Source: Phoronis australis
Taxonomy: Eukaryota; Animalia; Phoronida
DNA length: 64,000 nucleotides
Direction: 5' to 3'
Assembly (NCBI GenBank): GCA_002633005.1
Contig: NMRA01000059.1
Coordinates: 709,150 to 773,149 of the forward strand
Notes under the pieces: generated by a model
Seen by the model: only the letters and a program-made list of their open reading frames with translations
The model's database searches: none
What the model was told of the DNA's origin: nothing
Made by a program: the position numbers and the translations under genes
In this document: positions 14,214-26,379 of the stretch, piece after piece
Position numbering within the stretch: position 1 is the stretch's first letter
Layout: the number at the start of each line of letters is the position of its first letter

Positions 14214-14365
14214 CAGTGGCGGATTTAGGGGTGGCCAAGGGGCCATGGCCCCTTAAAATTCCCCCAGATTCCATTTGGCAGTTCCGGGGGTGCGAATTTC
14301 TGACGGGTAAACCCTGGCTAATACTCTGTCCTGCTCCTCAACTCAAAATTATGGATCCGCCCCTT
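14214..14365. mobile_element. Short hAT-like MITE inserted after the gene duplication
   Basis: Termini CAGTGGCGGATTTAGG / ATGGATCCGCCCCT; absent from the paralogous site near 24285. Confidence 0.65.
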
Positions 14366-14369
14366 GAAC

Positions 14370-16756
14370 AATCCCGGGAATGAAACCATCAAGAGTTGAG
14401 TATCCGTGAACCAACACGGAGAGTAAGATTGGGCTTACGACCAGTACACTGACCGGTAGCTGGAAGCTGCCTCAAGTAGCTATAATTGAGATCTAAGAGT
14501 GTGAGAACACGAAATTCCCGATGAACTAAAACTAGTTGCTGGTCAGCTCAGCTGTGATTCACTTGAGACATGCAGCTCGCACCGGCCGTCTGCACTCACA
14601 CGAAGGTCAAGATTCACTTTATTGTGACCCAGTTTTGGGAAAGCTTTATTTTATTTTGGTCATTCTTTGAAGGAGTTGTTTTGAAAAGGTGAGGTCCCAA
14701 AGTCCCTGGTATAGTGCCTTTGGAGCTGTTTCAAAATGCCTAGTTGAAACACGACCGGTAGTCCAGTTTCTGGTGGCTGGGGAAAAGGACAGTGTGTCCC
14801 AAAAATTTACACACTTCCTGAATGCCTGGAGTTCAAATTCAGTTCCCGTGGATCACTGAGATTCTGCGCGGGCCTATTGCATGGTTACATCTTATTTTTA
14901 ACGTGGGTATGTCAGTCATGACGTGTACTACTCGAATCAGGACAAACAATGAATTCAGTTTTGAAGAGCAACAATTCATTGCTCAATACACATGTACTAC
15001 TGGAAACTAAAAACACCAAGGAAATGCAAAGATAACCTTTCCAAGCAATGAATTTAATTTTATGTATTTATGGATTTTTAAAATGTTTTTTGTATCTACG
15101 GTTTGCGAGTCCAAATTTCATCAATGTCTGAGAGTTATTTTAGATATGCAAAAATCGTCTATAAATGTACTTTACTATTTGAGGATCGGATTATAGTTTT
15201 TCCAACTTCAGGATGCAATTAAATTCACTGAAACATCATCAATTCTTACAAGATTAGCTTCTAATTGTCAAAAATCATCTATGGATGTATCGATTTTCGT
15301 AGACACATAAGCAAGTAAATCAGTGTTTATCAAAACGGAATGTTATTAGCAATTTCCGTGAGGAATATGGGAGATGGGGGATTCGTATTAAGGTGTGTTT
15401 TTGCTATTTCAGAGGTACCTATAACGGCTCACGAGGTAAATTTGAAATCCGCTGACAAAAAACGCTGAAATCTTTGTTTATGATTGCGAGAGTTCTTTGA
15501 GTACCCCTTTCGACATGTACATCACAAATAGTAGCCTAGACAGCAGTGTTTTCCACATGTGGGAATTCCTTACAAACAACTCATAGTAACCATCTTCAAA
15601 GGAGATACTATTTTTGTGATAGTACGGGAAACAGTAACACTATTTTATAACTAACCATCAGATATAGTCCCTTTGTGTTATTCACTAACAGTGGCCTTCA
15701 CGTTCTTCAAAATTCCACCCTTTCGATGGCGGCAATCCTACTGTATTCATATTTTTGGTTGTTTGGGTCGAATGGCTGTGCTGTGCACGAATGTTTTGTG
15801 CTTTTTTGATAAATTCTGAATCTCAACTTCCATCCTAAAGATTTGGCAGTGTCGGATTTACATGTAAAGAAGGACAAAGGGACATTTCCCCCGAACTGCT
15901 CCATCGAGAGAGGGTGCCGTCTGAAATGGGACACCTTAATATGACAGGCTAAACAACATTAAGCTTGGAAAACGAGTGACAGTTCATTCCGCCGTCGTGT
16001 GGTCCCGAAACGATGCAGGGAGTGACCTCTTTCAACATGGAAGCCGGTTGCACGATTTCACAAAAACAAGAAAATAGAGGTGATCGATTTTAGGGGCCCT
16101 CTCTCCGTGAGCGGGCCCTTAAGAATTTGCCAATAAAAACACAAATAAGGTGGCCACTTGATTGTCGTCAATGGCCTCCTTCAAGGGCGAGACCCCTAAA
16201 TATGAAAATATCTATATTTTTTGAATATCAGGAAATGCACAGCAATTGATGTTATCTGTCAGGTCATCAATTTTTTTCAAGTAATATACAGTTTGAAGAA
16301 AAAATAAAGGGAAACTTGTCTCCGTTATCCCTTGCCAGAGGGGCATCTGGAAAATTATAGTTTCGCATTCGCAAAAATTGACTTACGGGATTTAAAAATC
16401 CAGTAAATTAGTGTGCTCCGCAAAAGCTTCGCTTTACAAATTTCCTCGATCTTTCGAAATATATGCATGATTGATTTCGTGCACGTTTTCAAGTGCGTTT
16501 AGACGACCTGTGCTGCAAAAGCGGAGACCCGAACGACAATGTCCTGGCCAGGGTCCTCAAAAGGTAAACCATGCACTGATGCAGAGTTATTAAATGTTCG
16601 ACTCTTGAATTTTCTCTCTTATCCGTATTTCGGAGTTTTTCTTTTCTCGACTGTCCCCTGTCCCACGCCTATGTCGGTTGCCACGGTTTAACCCTGACGC
16701 CTGAAATTTTTTTGGGGGGGCCGTGCCCCCCCAGCCCCCCCGGCTTCCTACGGCCC
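14370..16756. repeat. Upstream non-coding block of the tandem duplication (paralog of about 24290-26379)
   Basis: Collinear shared stretches such as CACGGAGAGTAAGA, GTTCAAATTCAGTTCCCGTGG, CATTAAGCTTGGAAAA and CACGGTTTAACCCTGACGCCTGAAA, ending at CTTCCTACGGCCCT. Confidence 0.85.
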
Positions 16757-17559
16757 TCTATCGTCTAGCATTTGAAATTCATAAACTTCCCCGGATTTTT
16801 TAAGTTGCACATTTTTTTAAGGATATTTTTATGCGTTCCTAATATAGAATTATCTAGCAGGAGGTGGCCTCTTTTCCCAAGACCAGAAATTGAGAAAATG
16901 CACAAGATTGTATTTATTACTGGGTCAAACTTCGTCTTGCTGCTAAATCAGTTGTCTTTATTACTTAACTTGACAATATATAAATAAATATTAATCATAT
17001 ACAGACAGACAGACAGACCCGGCGACACACACACACAAACACACCCAAGCCCGCACTCACGCACGCACAAACACACAGAAATTTATTTATTTATTTATTC
17101 GTTTATATAAGTCATTTTGAGTCATTTTGATCCTACGTCAGCATGTCCACTACACAGAACAGCGAACTATCCTCTGGGAGAACGTAGACTCTTAAAAAGC
17201 AAGAACTCCAATATCGACAGTCTATTGTGAGGAACTCTGGGGTTGTGTGTCTGCAACTAAACCCAGCAAGTACAGTATAAAGAATTTGGAGGTGATATTT
17301 ACATCGTCTCGGCACCCGACGTTGAAGAATCCAAAAAAGTTGGCAAGGCTCGAGCATTCGAAACCAGTCAAAATCGCTCACATACAAGTAGAGGGGAACA
17401 GAAAGACAGCAAGAGAAACCTCCAGAGCTTGCCGTCGTCGGTTCTGCTTGAACTGTGGTATGTGGGTCTTCTTGGGTGACAAGCCTTGTGCTAAGATGAG
17501 TAAATTCGGACAAGTAGGCCTTTGGATAAATGTGGTTCCGGCCCATTGCGTAATTGAAC

Positions 17560-17795
17560 TTTCGTGCCATTGGACAAATGCGTATATTCGGAGAAATGGA
17601 CCTTCACATTAATGGGTAAATTTTCGGTCAAACGGGATGTCGGATAAATGAACTGTCGGACCAATGTCTGATTTTTCGGATTAACGGATCGTCGGAAAAT
17701 GGGCTGTTGGACAAATACTAAATTTTCAGACTAATGGGCTGTCAGACCATTGGGTAGATTTTCGGACTAGTCTGTCGTCGGGCATATGGGGTACC
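17560..17795. repeat. Degenerate tandem repeat of about 16-19 bp (tcggac.aatgggctg)
   Basis: Recurrent tcgga...aatg units. Confidence 0.6.
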
Positions 17796-18286
17796 TGAAA
17801 ATTAGGTTGTAATCGTGAATCAGTTTCGTCTATTTTTCGATAAGTGCCGACTCTTTGCGGACATTTGTGCACTTTTGACACTTGTGACAACTACATGTCT
17901 GCTTGATTTTCCCCACAGCTTGTCATTACTCAATGCATTATCTGTTTGATTTGTAAAGTGCCTCCACAACACTATCTTGACTTAGCATTTATGACCAATC
18001 GATAACATTTAGAATAAATAAAAATACGAATAGGTTTTATAGTTAGATATTTCAAAATGAAAATCAACAGGAGAAATGAGAGCAAATATTTACCACTTGA
18101 TGAACAAAACGTACCAAAACACGTATGACAAAGGTAAGGAAGACTTTGTAAAATCATTGACATCTACGGAGCGAATACAGAAATTTGATATGGATACGGA
18201 GAAAATGTTGCTCAATAAAACATAAATTTGTAACAAGCGTGCACGACAATAACAACTGCAGATAACAATACGCATCCCTAACGCAA

Positions 18287-18536
18287 TACATACTGTAATG
18301 CTCTGAAATGTGAATCACGTTTGAATAATCAGTCAGTAATAATTGCAATACATACTGTAATGCTCTGAAATGTGAATCACGTTTGAATAATCAGTCAGTA
18401 ATAATTGCACTACATACTGTTATGCTCTGAAATGTGAATCACGTTTGAATAATCAGTCAGTAATAATTACACTACATACTGTAATGCTCTGAAATGTGAA
18501 TCACTTTTGAATAATCAGTCAGTAATAATTACACTA
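18287..18536. repeat. 62-bp tandem repeat, 4 copies
   Basis: Unit starts at 18287, 18349, 18411 and 18473. Confidence 0.95.
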
Positions 18537-19230
18537 TCACGAGCAATTACTGTTAGATACACGAAAATACGTTATCAATAAATACTTCGAAAAATAATAA
18601 AATTAGATGTCTAATTTACGTCACTTTTTGAACCTCTGTATGATCGTTTGGTCGCTGATTTATTGTGATTTAGAGCAGCGAGATTATTGCTATACAAACG
18701 TGAATAGTTAAATTTTTCTACACACGTATTATATATGATAACATTTCAGTTCACTACTTTATCTGAGGCGGACCTTTATGACCACTTCGCCAAATGGGGG
18801 ACGAGCCCCCAGAGCCCCCTCCCCCCTGGGTGCGCGCATGTGAACTCTATTTCTAAACTCAGAGTGTCAAAACGCGGTGATTGCAATCAAAGTCATACAT
18901 ACATGGTTGTGGTCTGTGATCACGTAACACATCAGTGAACTAAATGCTACCGCTCTAGGGATTCGAACCCGAGTGCCAGACGCAAGAATCTCACTAAAGA
19001 AGCTTTTATGTTCACATGCTCTGCTTATAATACATAGTAATTTTCCCCCAAATTCGCGCGCGTTTTTGCTTTTTTTCGCAAGAAACTAGGATTACGGAAC
19101 CTACGCCAGTTGTGAGATCGTAACTGGTGCATGATACACATCAGCTTCAAAACGCAGCGACTACAGGACTGCCTTAGGTTGATAGACTGTGAACGCCCCT
19201 CACTATTGTTTCCATTCAAATGCATTTGAG

Positions 19231-22200
19231 CTACTGCAAAATTGCCGATCGTAATATTTTCATCGAGTGGTTAGCAATTCTAGAGGCTTGTTCTGCAGTA
19301 CAAAACCAAGTATCGAAGTTCATGCTGCACAGGAGTCTGCCTCTAAAAGTCGTGAAATTGAAGAGTGTAGGCACCCCATAACGTCGAAAAGACGTGGAAC
19401 GACAGAGCCAGGTAACATCGACATTTTTATATTCCCCCGGAAACATCTGAGATATGTCACGAAGGTTTGAAAAAGAGGTGTCAAATGACGTCACTGGTAC
19501 AGCTGTCGCCTTCGTTATGAAGGATTCCGCGTCCAGAAGATACAGAACCGTTAGAATTTCTTTTTGAAGGTCACCCTTATTCAACGCTTTAATGAGATCG
19601 TCACCTATCGTCCTAGTGCTTAGCCAGAAATCTTCCTGCTCTGAAACTACGCAGGGCACGTTCAGCATTCCGACGTAGAACCCATAAACATCCTGACCGG
19701 GCTCCAAATATCGCCGCAGGCTCACAGAATGAGAATTCAAAATACTCAATGCCTCTCCTTTGGCACCTCCCTTCTTCAGCTCAGCGTAAATGGCACGGCA
19801 GACGGCATTGACCAAAGCACTGTTCACAGTGACTTTTTCGTGTTTACAACGACTTACTAAACCCGCAGTTTCTTCTGCAGTCAAAGCACCCATGTCGAGG
19901 AACCCCATCACGCTCTCGCTTTCTTTGTCAACTGAAAAAATGAGTGAAGTACGTTTCCGGAGAGTTAACAAACAGCGTACAGTCTGCTCTGAAAGAGGCC
20001 ATAAATCTTCGTGCACAGTCGGGACATTTTAATAGAATTTCTCTGCATCAAAATGTTAACTTAACTACGTTTTCTCGTGTAATCTTAAAGAGACCAGAAA
20101 CGGGAAAACACATAAAAATAACTTTTAAACAGGTTGCGGAGAATACACTTCTTGGAGATGCTAACGTGACAGTTCTCCACTTAAAATTTACGAGAATTTC
20201 AAGAAAAATCGCCAGATTTACTGTTTTTAAAACACAGACGAAATACAAACTCTCATTATTACTCAAGTTATCCGCCACTAATCATCTATATAATATACAC
20301 ATGCACTCAAAAATTTACCCAGTAAATATCAAACGGCATAATCGCCATTATTTTGTTTGCATCAAAGGTCAAAGGTCACATTTTCCATAAAGGGGAAATA
20401 TGCTACGTCTATGTCTTGCTATACCAAATAAAGAGACGTGCTTTGCCTTGCGGAAGAAAAAGCGACGAAGAGATCAGCAAATGGCAGATCGTTTTTTGAA
20501 ATTTGAAACTTAAGGGAAATGCTTTGACAAAAACAAAAACTCAAAATATTTACGAACAAACCTTAAAAATACATGGTGAACAGTTCTGTTTCAGTAGCGT
20601 GGTCGAAAAACACTTTGAATAAAGCAATAAAGACTTGTTCTTCGCGTTCTATGTCACTTTAAGCGCAAAAACTAATCTCTGGCGTCGAGTAGTAGGGTAT
20701 ATATCAGAGATAAAAAACAAGATGTTTTTCGATCTTATCAACAGCAAATTTCACCTTCATGATAGCCTACATGTACGTGTTCTTAGACGGCTATAAACCG
20801 CAGCCTTAGCACTATCAATCGGATTTTAACTTGTTCCTTGAAGCGGGTATAAACCATGGGCACTGGTCGGATATAGCGGTCCCTAATTTAGAGAACCAGT
20901 TTCATTGATGAAATAACAGGCCTGTTATTCAGTGATTGCCTGGTTCTCTAAATTAGGGACCACTATATCCGACCATATCTTCCTAGCCATATATACGCTT
21001 CAAATGCCTGGAATTAAATTTGCTAAAAAATTCTTCTTGCTAAATGTAACGATTTAGTAGCTGAAAATTTCAACTTCCTTCTGACACCAGAAACTTATTG
21101 GGCCTGAGGCCTGTGTCATGAAAAATGACTGACGACTTATCAAGTGAAAAGTGATTGGCACAATCGCCGAATTCTTACCATAGCTCTAAAGGTTCTTATG
21201 ATAACAATTCGGACACCGTTATGCACATGCCTCATTTTATTTACCAAAGAGCGTACGATGAAAAGGTCCCACCAGAAACCTAATAGGGATCCCTCTAAAA
21301 GTTACTGAGCTAGCTCAAATATTCGAGATTCCACAAAACCACATTTCATATGATTCTCTGCATGTTACGGATCCCTAAATGGCTTACAGTGTATATGACT
21401 GACAGGATACATTCCATGTTTGGCAGGCCAGGATCTAAATCCCCATCAGAACGACCCAACGCTGCTGTCAGTGAAAGTTGAGGTTAAGATATTCGACGTA
21501 CCTGTCGAAATTGGTCTAAAATGAACAATTGTGCCACACTGAAAATAAATAGCCTGTGACAAATAATTGCGCTCAGAACGGTACGCCAGAAATCCAAAAA
21601 GGACTCCCCAAATTAAGGTAGCTCAAACATTTGAGATAACACAAAACAGTTCCACGGGATTCAGTAAATGCCACTGGTCATTAGATGCCATGGCAGACAA
21701 AACAAACTCGATCTGGATAGGGCTCACCAAAATTCCTCAAAAAATGCCCACGGAATACCATTGAAAACGTAATCTAGGACTGTCATCAAATAACCCATGA
21801 TACAAAAACCACCCTCTGGAAAGAGACCGCCGAAAACACCAAAAGACTCCACTCAAACTGAACTAGCTCAAACGCTCGACGTACAGTACATGTACCACTA
21901 AAACAATTCTACATGAATCAGCACATGCACTAATCTCGTATAGCACATGACGAAGCCGAAACTCCAGAAATGCCACTTACGGACTGCTCTTGCCATTCTG
22001 AGCTCATTTATAGATATTCATGGTAAGGGTAAAATTTGATTCATTAAAAAACAATCATGCCACATTCTACACCCTGTAGTGTAACATCAAGCGTGCGGTG
22101 AGATTGCCAGTCAACAACAAAATGGCGATAGCGGTTTAATTGACATAACCCTCTGAGTGGAGTTCAGATCCTGTGCGGAATGCTCTCACAACAGTCGATA

Positions 22201-22915
22201 CTGGCCACGACTATAGTATATCATAACAATAAGTCTCAGGAGGTCAATGAAAAACATTACCTTTAAATACCTGACCCCATATTGTCGATCCCTTATGTGC
22301 GAGCATTCCTTTAAGCAACGGTAGAACCTCATTCCACGAATATTCCTTCTGAGGCAGCAGTGCCTCTCGCGGTGGCTTCAATTCTGCTTCGTTCCCATAC
22401 ATTTCACTTCTGCCCTCAAGTGTGACGTCGATAAGTTCTGCTAGTCGGTTGCACATGCGTATGTTTGACGTACCATCGGTTATCCCGTGCATCCAACTGA
22501 TGATCACGGCGTACTTATAGGGCTTGACTGGATCGGTATCATCTGCGCCATGTTGTGGCACAAGCCGTACCCGCCACATGGGACCGCTCTTTGAGTATTT
22601 TGTGTGTAACAACTCATGATAAGTAGCAAGCCAGTCACCTCCTGGAATGCGCATATAATCGACATTTTCGTTTTGTCTTTCTTCAAAGTACTTCACCCCG
22701 TCGCGTTCGACTACCGACATTCGAAGCATGGGGTATATTTTTCGCCAGCTTTGCAACGAGGCCAGCATCGCAAAATCTGTAAGCTCATATTTCATCGACA
22801 TCTTCAGACAATATACAATTATGCCCAGGTCTGCAAAATTCATGCTGTCCACAAACAAGCTCTCCATATTTCCTAGCGCACGGCTTACTTTTTCGGATCC
22901 TTGACTTGACATCAT
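19231..22915 (-). CDS. Condensation-domain / alcohol acetyltransferase-like CoA-dependent acyltransferase, copy A (exons 22915-22261 and 19931-19231, 451 aa; possible upstream start at 23059)
   Basis: N-terminal RALGNME motif, YPMLRM, GPMWRVRL, catalytic-type WMHGITDG (HxxxDG), CKHEKVTVNSAL, VSLRRY and FSNL. The AAG|gtaatg donor and tttcag acceptor join in phase 1 (FK-V-DKES). Confidence 0.88.
20864..20975. repeat. Palindromic hairpin / small MITE
   Basis: About 36-bp arms TGGTCGGATATAGCGGTCCCTAATTTAGAGAACCAG and its reverse complement, with an internal palindrome AATAACAGGCCTGTTATT. Confidence 0.85.
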
Positions 22916-24289
22916 GAAGTGGCGTTTCTGTATTTTCGGAATACGTGTCAAAGGTACTGTAACCATATCTTTGTAGCTCACAGCTAGGCCATGTTGTCGC
23001 CGCTTTGACTGCTGCTGGGCCTCAACGGTAGTCGAGGAAGCGCTACGCCGATAACACATGACCTGGGGACGTTTATTGGGGTCACATGCAGGTGTATGTT
23101 TCACGCCTGGATGCCCTTTCACAGAACATACAACTACTGTGTGTATTTGTGTGTATTTACCGTGCGGTACATGTAGACTAGTACAATCTCGAACAAGTTT
23201 AAGCAGTAACCAAGAATACCTGTATGCGCCGCTTGTGAATGTTTTAGGTTTCCCGTATCCAAGTTTTTCTCGGTTGCATTGCGCTATTCGTATTTTCAAT
23301 GCCAACAAAGTTTTACTGCTGTGCTGTGGTATACAACTCCGAAGTGAGAAAGTTTGATAAATTGGACGGATGCGTGATCTGAGACACGAAAATGTGCCCG
23401 ATTTCCAAAATGAGGTCGCGCTCTTATCTGCGGGACAAAGGAGAGTTTTATCGCCGTATAATCCAGGACGGCCCTATTGTTGTCTTTATTTTGTGACAAC
23501 CACTAAAATCTATTCGCCAAATAAGGCAAGTTGCTACTTACTTTCTACGGCTATACTTTAATGTGAATGGAGCCCATAAATGTTATATGTTTTTGACTTA
23601 AAGCCGTGTTTAACTGGTCATAAACACAAATCTAATTAGGCCTTTCACTCTCATAAAATCGCCCTCGTACTATATTCCCTCGTAATATATTGCGAAGAGT
23701 CTATTCCCAAAAAGAATATCGAAACCATCTGCTCAATAAAATGCTCCAGAGTTCATAGCTACATGTTTCGGGTTGGTCAACCGTAAAATCACAAGTTCAA
23801 AAATAACGCATTTGCACATTGTCTGTGACTAGAGGTTATAACGGAAATAAAATCCTAAAACGATAAGGAATGTTATGAAGCCAATTTTATGAGATAAATT
23901 TTCTAATTAGTTTTTTCAACCAGCTAAACAACGCGAGATTCAACTTAAATGAACGTTTCACTCATTTTATCTTATTTTGAAGTTGGCCATTTTTGACCCG
24001 GTCTCCGAAGTAAGCGATCAGCTTGACTACGAGTGTATGAGAAAAATCAAGGATGGACAAAATACACACAAGTGTGGGCTATATTCTGTGTGAACATTGT
24101 CCATAGAATGATACTGGTAGTTACGATAGATACGATGCCAGACCTGTAGGAAGGAAAAAAATTATTGTGGGGGCACAAACCAATTTGACTTCGCCGACCT
24201 ACCTCCTTGCAATCGTCACCCCTCGTTCTCTGGATGTCGCAATATTTGTACCGAACCCCACCCCTCACGTCCGCTATTGGTGGGGGTAA

Positions 24290-26379
24290 TACCGGGGATG
24301 CAGCCATCAGGGTTTGAGTTACCCTGAACCAACAAAGATTCACGGAGAGTAAGAATGGGTCTAGGCCCCAAGCGCACTGACGCAGGGGAAGCTGGGAGCT
24401 GCCTGAAGTTACTGTAACTGGGTCGAAGGTCAAGGTTCGTTTTATTATTATTCAGTTTCAGGAAAGCTTCATTTTATTATGGCCATTCTTTGAAGTAAAT
24501 TTTGGAAACGTAAGGTCCCGAGGTGCCTGGTATGAGTGCCTTTGTGGCCGTTTCCAAAGCCTTTGATGAAACACAGCCGGTAGTCCAGTTTCTGACTAAT
24601 TAATGATACAGAGTGTGTCCCAAAAATGTGCACTCTTCTGCAGTTCAAATTCAGTTCCCGTGGGTAACTGAGATTCTAACCAGGCCTACTACATGGTTAC
24701 ACCATATTTTTAACATGGGTGTGCCTGACATGACGTGATCCGTGCATGCGCGCACCTAGGGGGAGCTCGGTGGACTCGATGGCAAAGTGGGTAAAGGGAA
24801 ACAAAGATTTCGTAATAAACATTATAAAAAAGAGAAACAAAAAGTCCGAGAAAAACGAGACAAAAGTCCACTAAAAAGGCTGGATTTGGCGTACGCACAA
24901 TTCTTAGCCCTGAACGAATCACGTGTTCGTTTAATCTCAGTAAATGCTCCACATTCTCAAAAATTCGAGAACCCCTATATTTTAGGCTGGGTGCGCGCAT
25001 GCCGTGTGTGTAGTTTGCACGGGAAATGCCAGCAAACGATTCAGCTTTGAAGAACAAAAGAACATCTCGCAATACTAATGGAAATCAAAAACATCAGGGA
25101 AGTTCAAAGACAACCTTTCCAAGTTGATGACCATTAAATTTAATTTTACTTATTTAAGTACTTAAACTTCGTTTTCGATCTACGGTTTGTAAACTTAAAC
25201 CCAGTAATCTAGTTCCTAAGCCAATAAACAATTTATTGTCATTTGAATTGTGAGAATATTTTAGGACACATTGTTGAGCTGTCCGAAATTCATCAATTTC
25301 CTTGAGACTTATTTCAGATAGACAAAAATCGTTTAGTGTACTTTTAAATTTAATGATCTGATGATAGATCGAATTCAACCAATGTCTGCCTGCAATTAAG
25401 TTTATTGAAGTATTGTCACTTCTTACAAGATTAGCTTCTAATTGTCAAAAAATCATCTCTTTCGTAGATACATAAACATGTAAATCAGAAACCAACAATC
25501 AAATCCATAAGCAATGCGTTTACTTTGATTTAATGACTTAATTCCTTTTTTGATCCCTTGTTAGTGACTTTAAAGAACGAATCTTGTACCGAAGTCAAAC
25601 AGCAATGTATTCATTGTCACTTGAATTGTGGATATTTTTTTGGGAAGTGTCAAATTTTATCAATGTTTTTGAGAGTTATTTCAGATAGGCAAAAAGCGTC
25701 CAAGTGCACTTTACTATTTGGGAATCGGATCATAGTTTAATCCATATTCAGTCTTTAACTAAATTCCCTGAATCGTCATCACTTCTTAAAAGCTTTTAAT
25801 TGCCAAAAATCACCAATCAACTTGTCGGTTTTCGTAGATACATAAACATGTAAATCAGAAACTAACGAATTTGTTGATCAAATTGGAATGTTATAAGCAA
25901 TTTACATGAATAGAGGGACGAAGGGACATTTCTCCGAACTGCTCCACCGAGAGAGGGTCCCGTCTGAAATGGGACATCTTAATTATGAAAAGCTAAACAT
26001 CATTAAGCTTGGAAAAGAGTGACAGTTCATTCCACCGTCGTGTGATCAGACGAAGTAACCTTCTTCAACATGAAAGTTGATTTCACAAAAAACAGGAAAA
26101 TAGACGTAATCGAGTCCAACATTGGGTCCTCTCATTTAGACGACTTGTGCTGCGAAAGCGGAGGCCACAACAACCATGTCCTTGCCAGGGTCCTCACAAC
26201 GCAATGATTCCGTAGAGTTGTTAAATACTCTCTTGAGTTTTCTTTCCTATCTACACTTAGCAGTCTTTCTCAGCTGTCCCCACCAGACGCGTATGTCAGT
26301 TTTCACGGTTTAACCCTGACGCCTGAAAAATTTGGGGGGGGGGTGCGTGCCCCCCGATTCCCTCGCTTCCTACGGCCCT
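24290..26379. repeat. Upstream non-coding block of the tandem duplication (paralog of about 14370-16756)
   Basis: Same collinear matches; also has an internal duplication of about 200 bp (about 25270-25490 and 25650-25860). Confidence 0.85.

Noticed and set aside
14164-14274. N-terminus of the 258-aa ORF, and apparent truncation of copy B
   Set aside because: It crosses an n junction into a MITE. Comparison with copy A suggests about 1.3 kb is missing from the assembly, so this is not evidence of pseudogenisation.
17133-17612. Overlapping 145-aa and 121-aa ORFs
   Set aside because: No recognisable motif or splice support; possibly TE debris.
23063-23308. N-terminal part of the 354-aa ORF
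   Set aside because: It has no family-like motifs and lies upstream of an acceptor-like site, so it is probably intron read-through.
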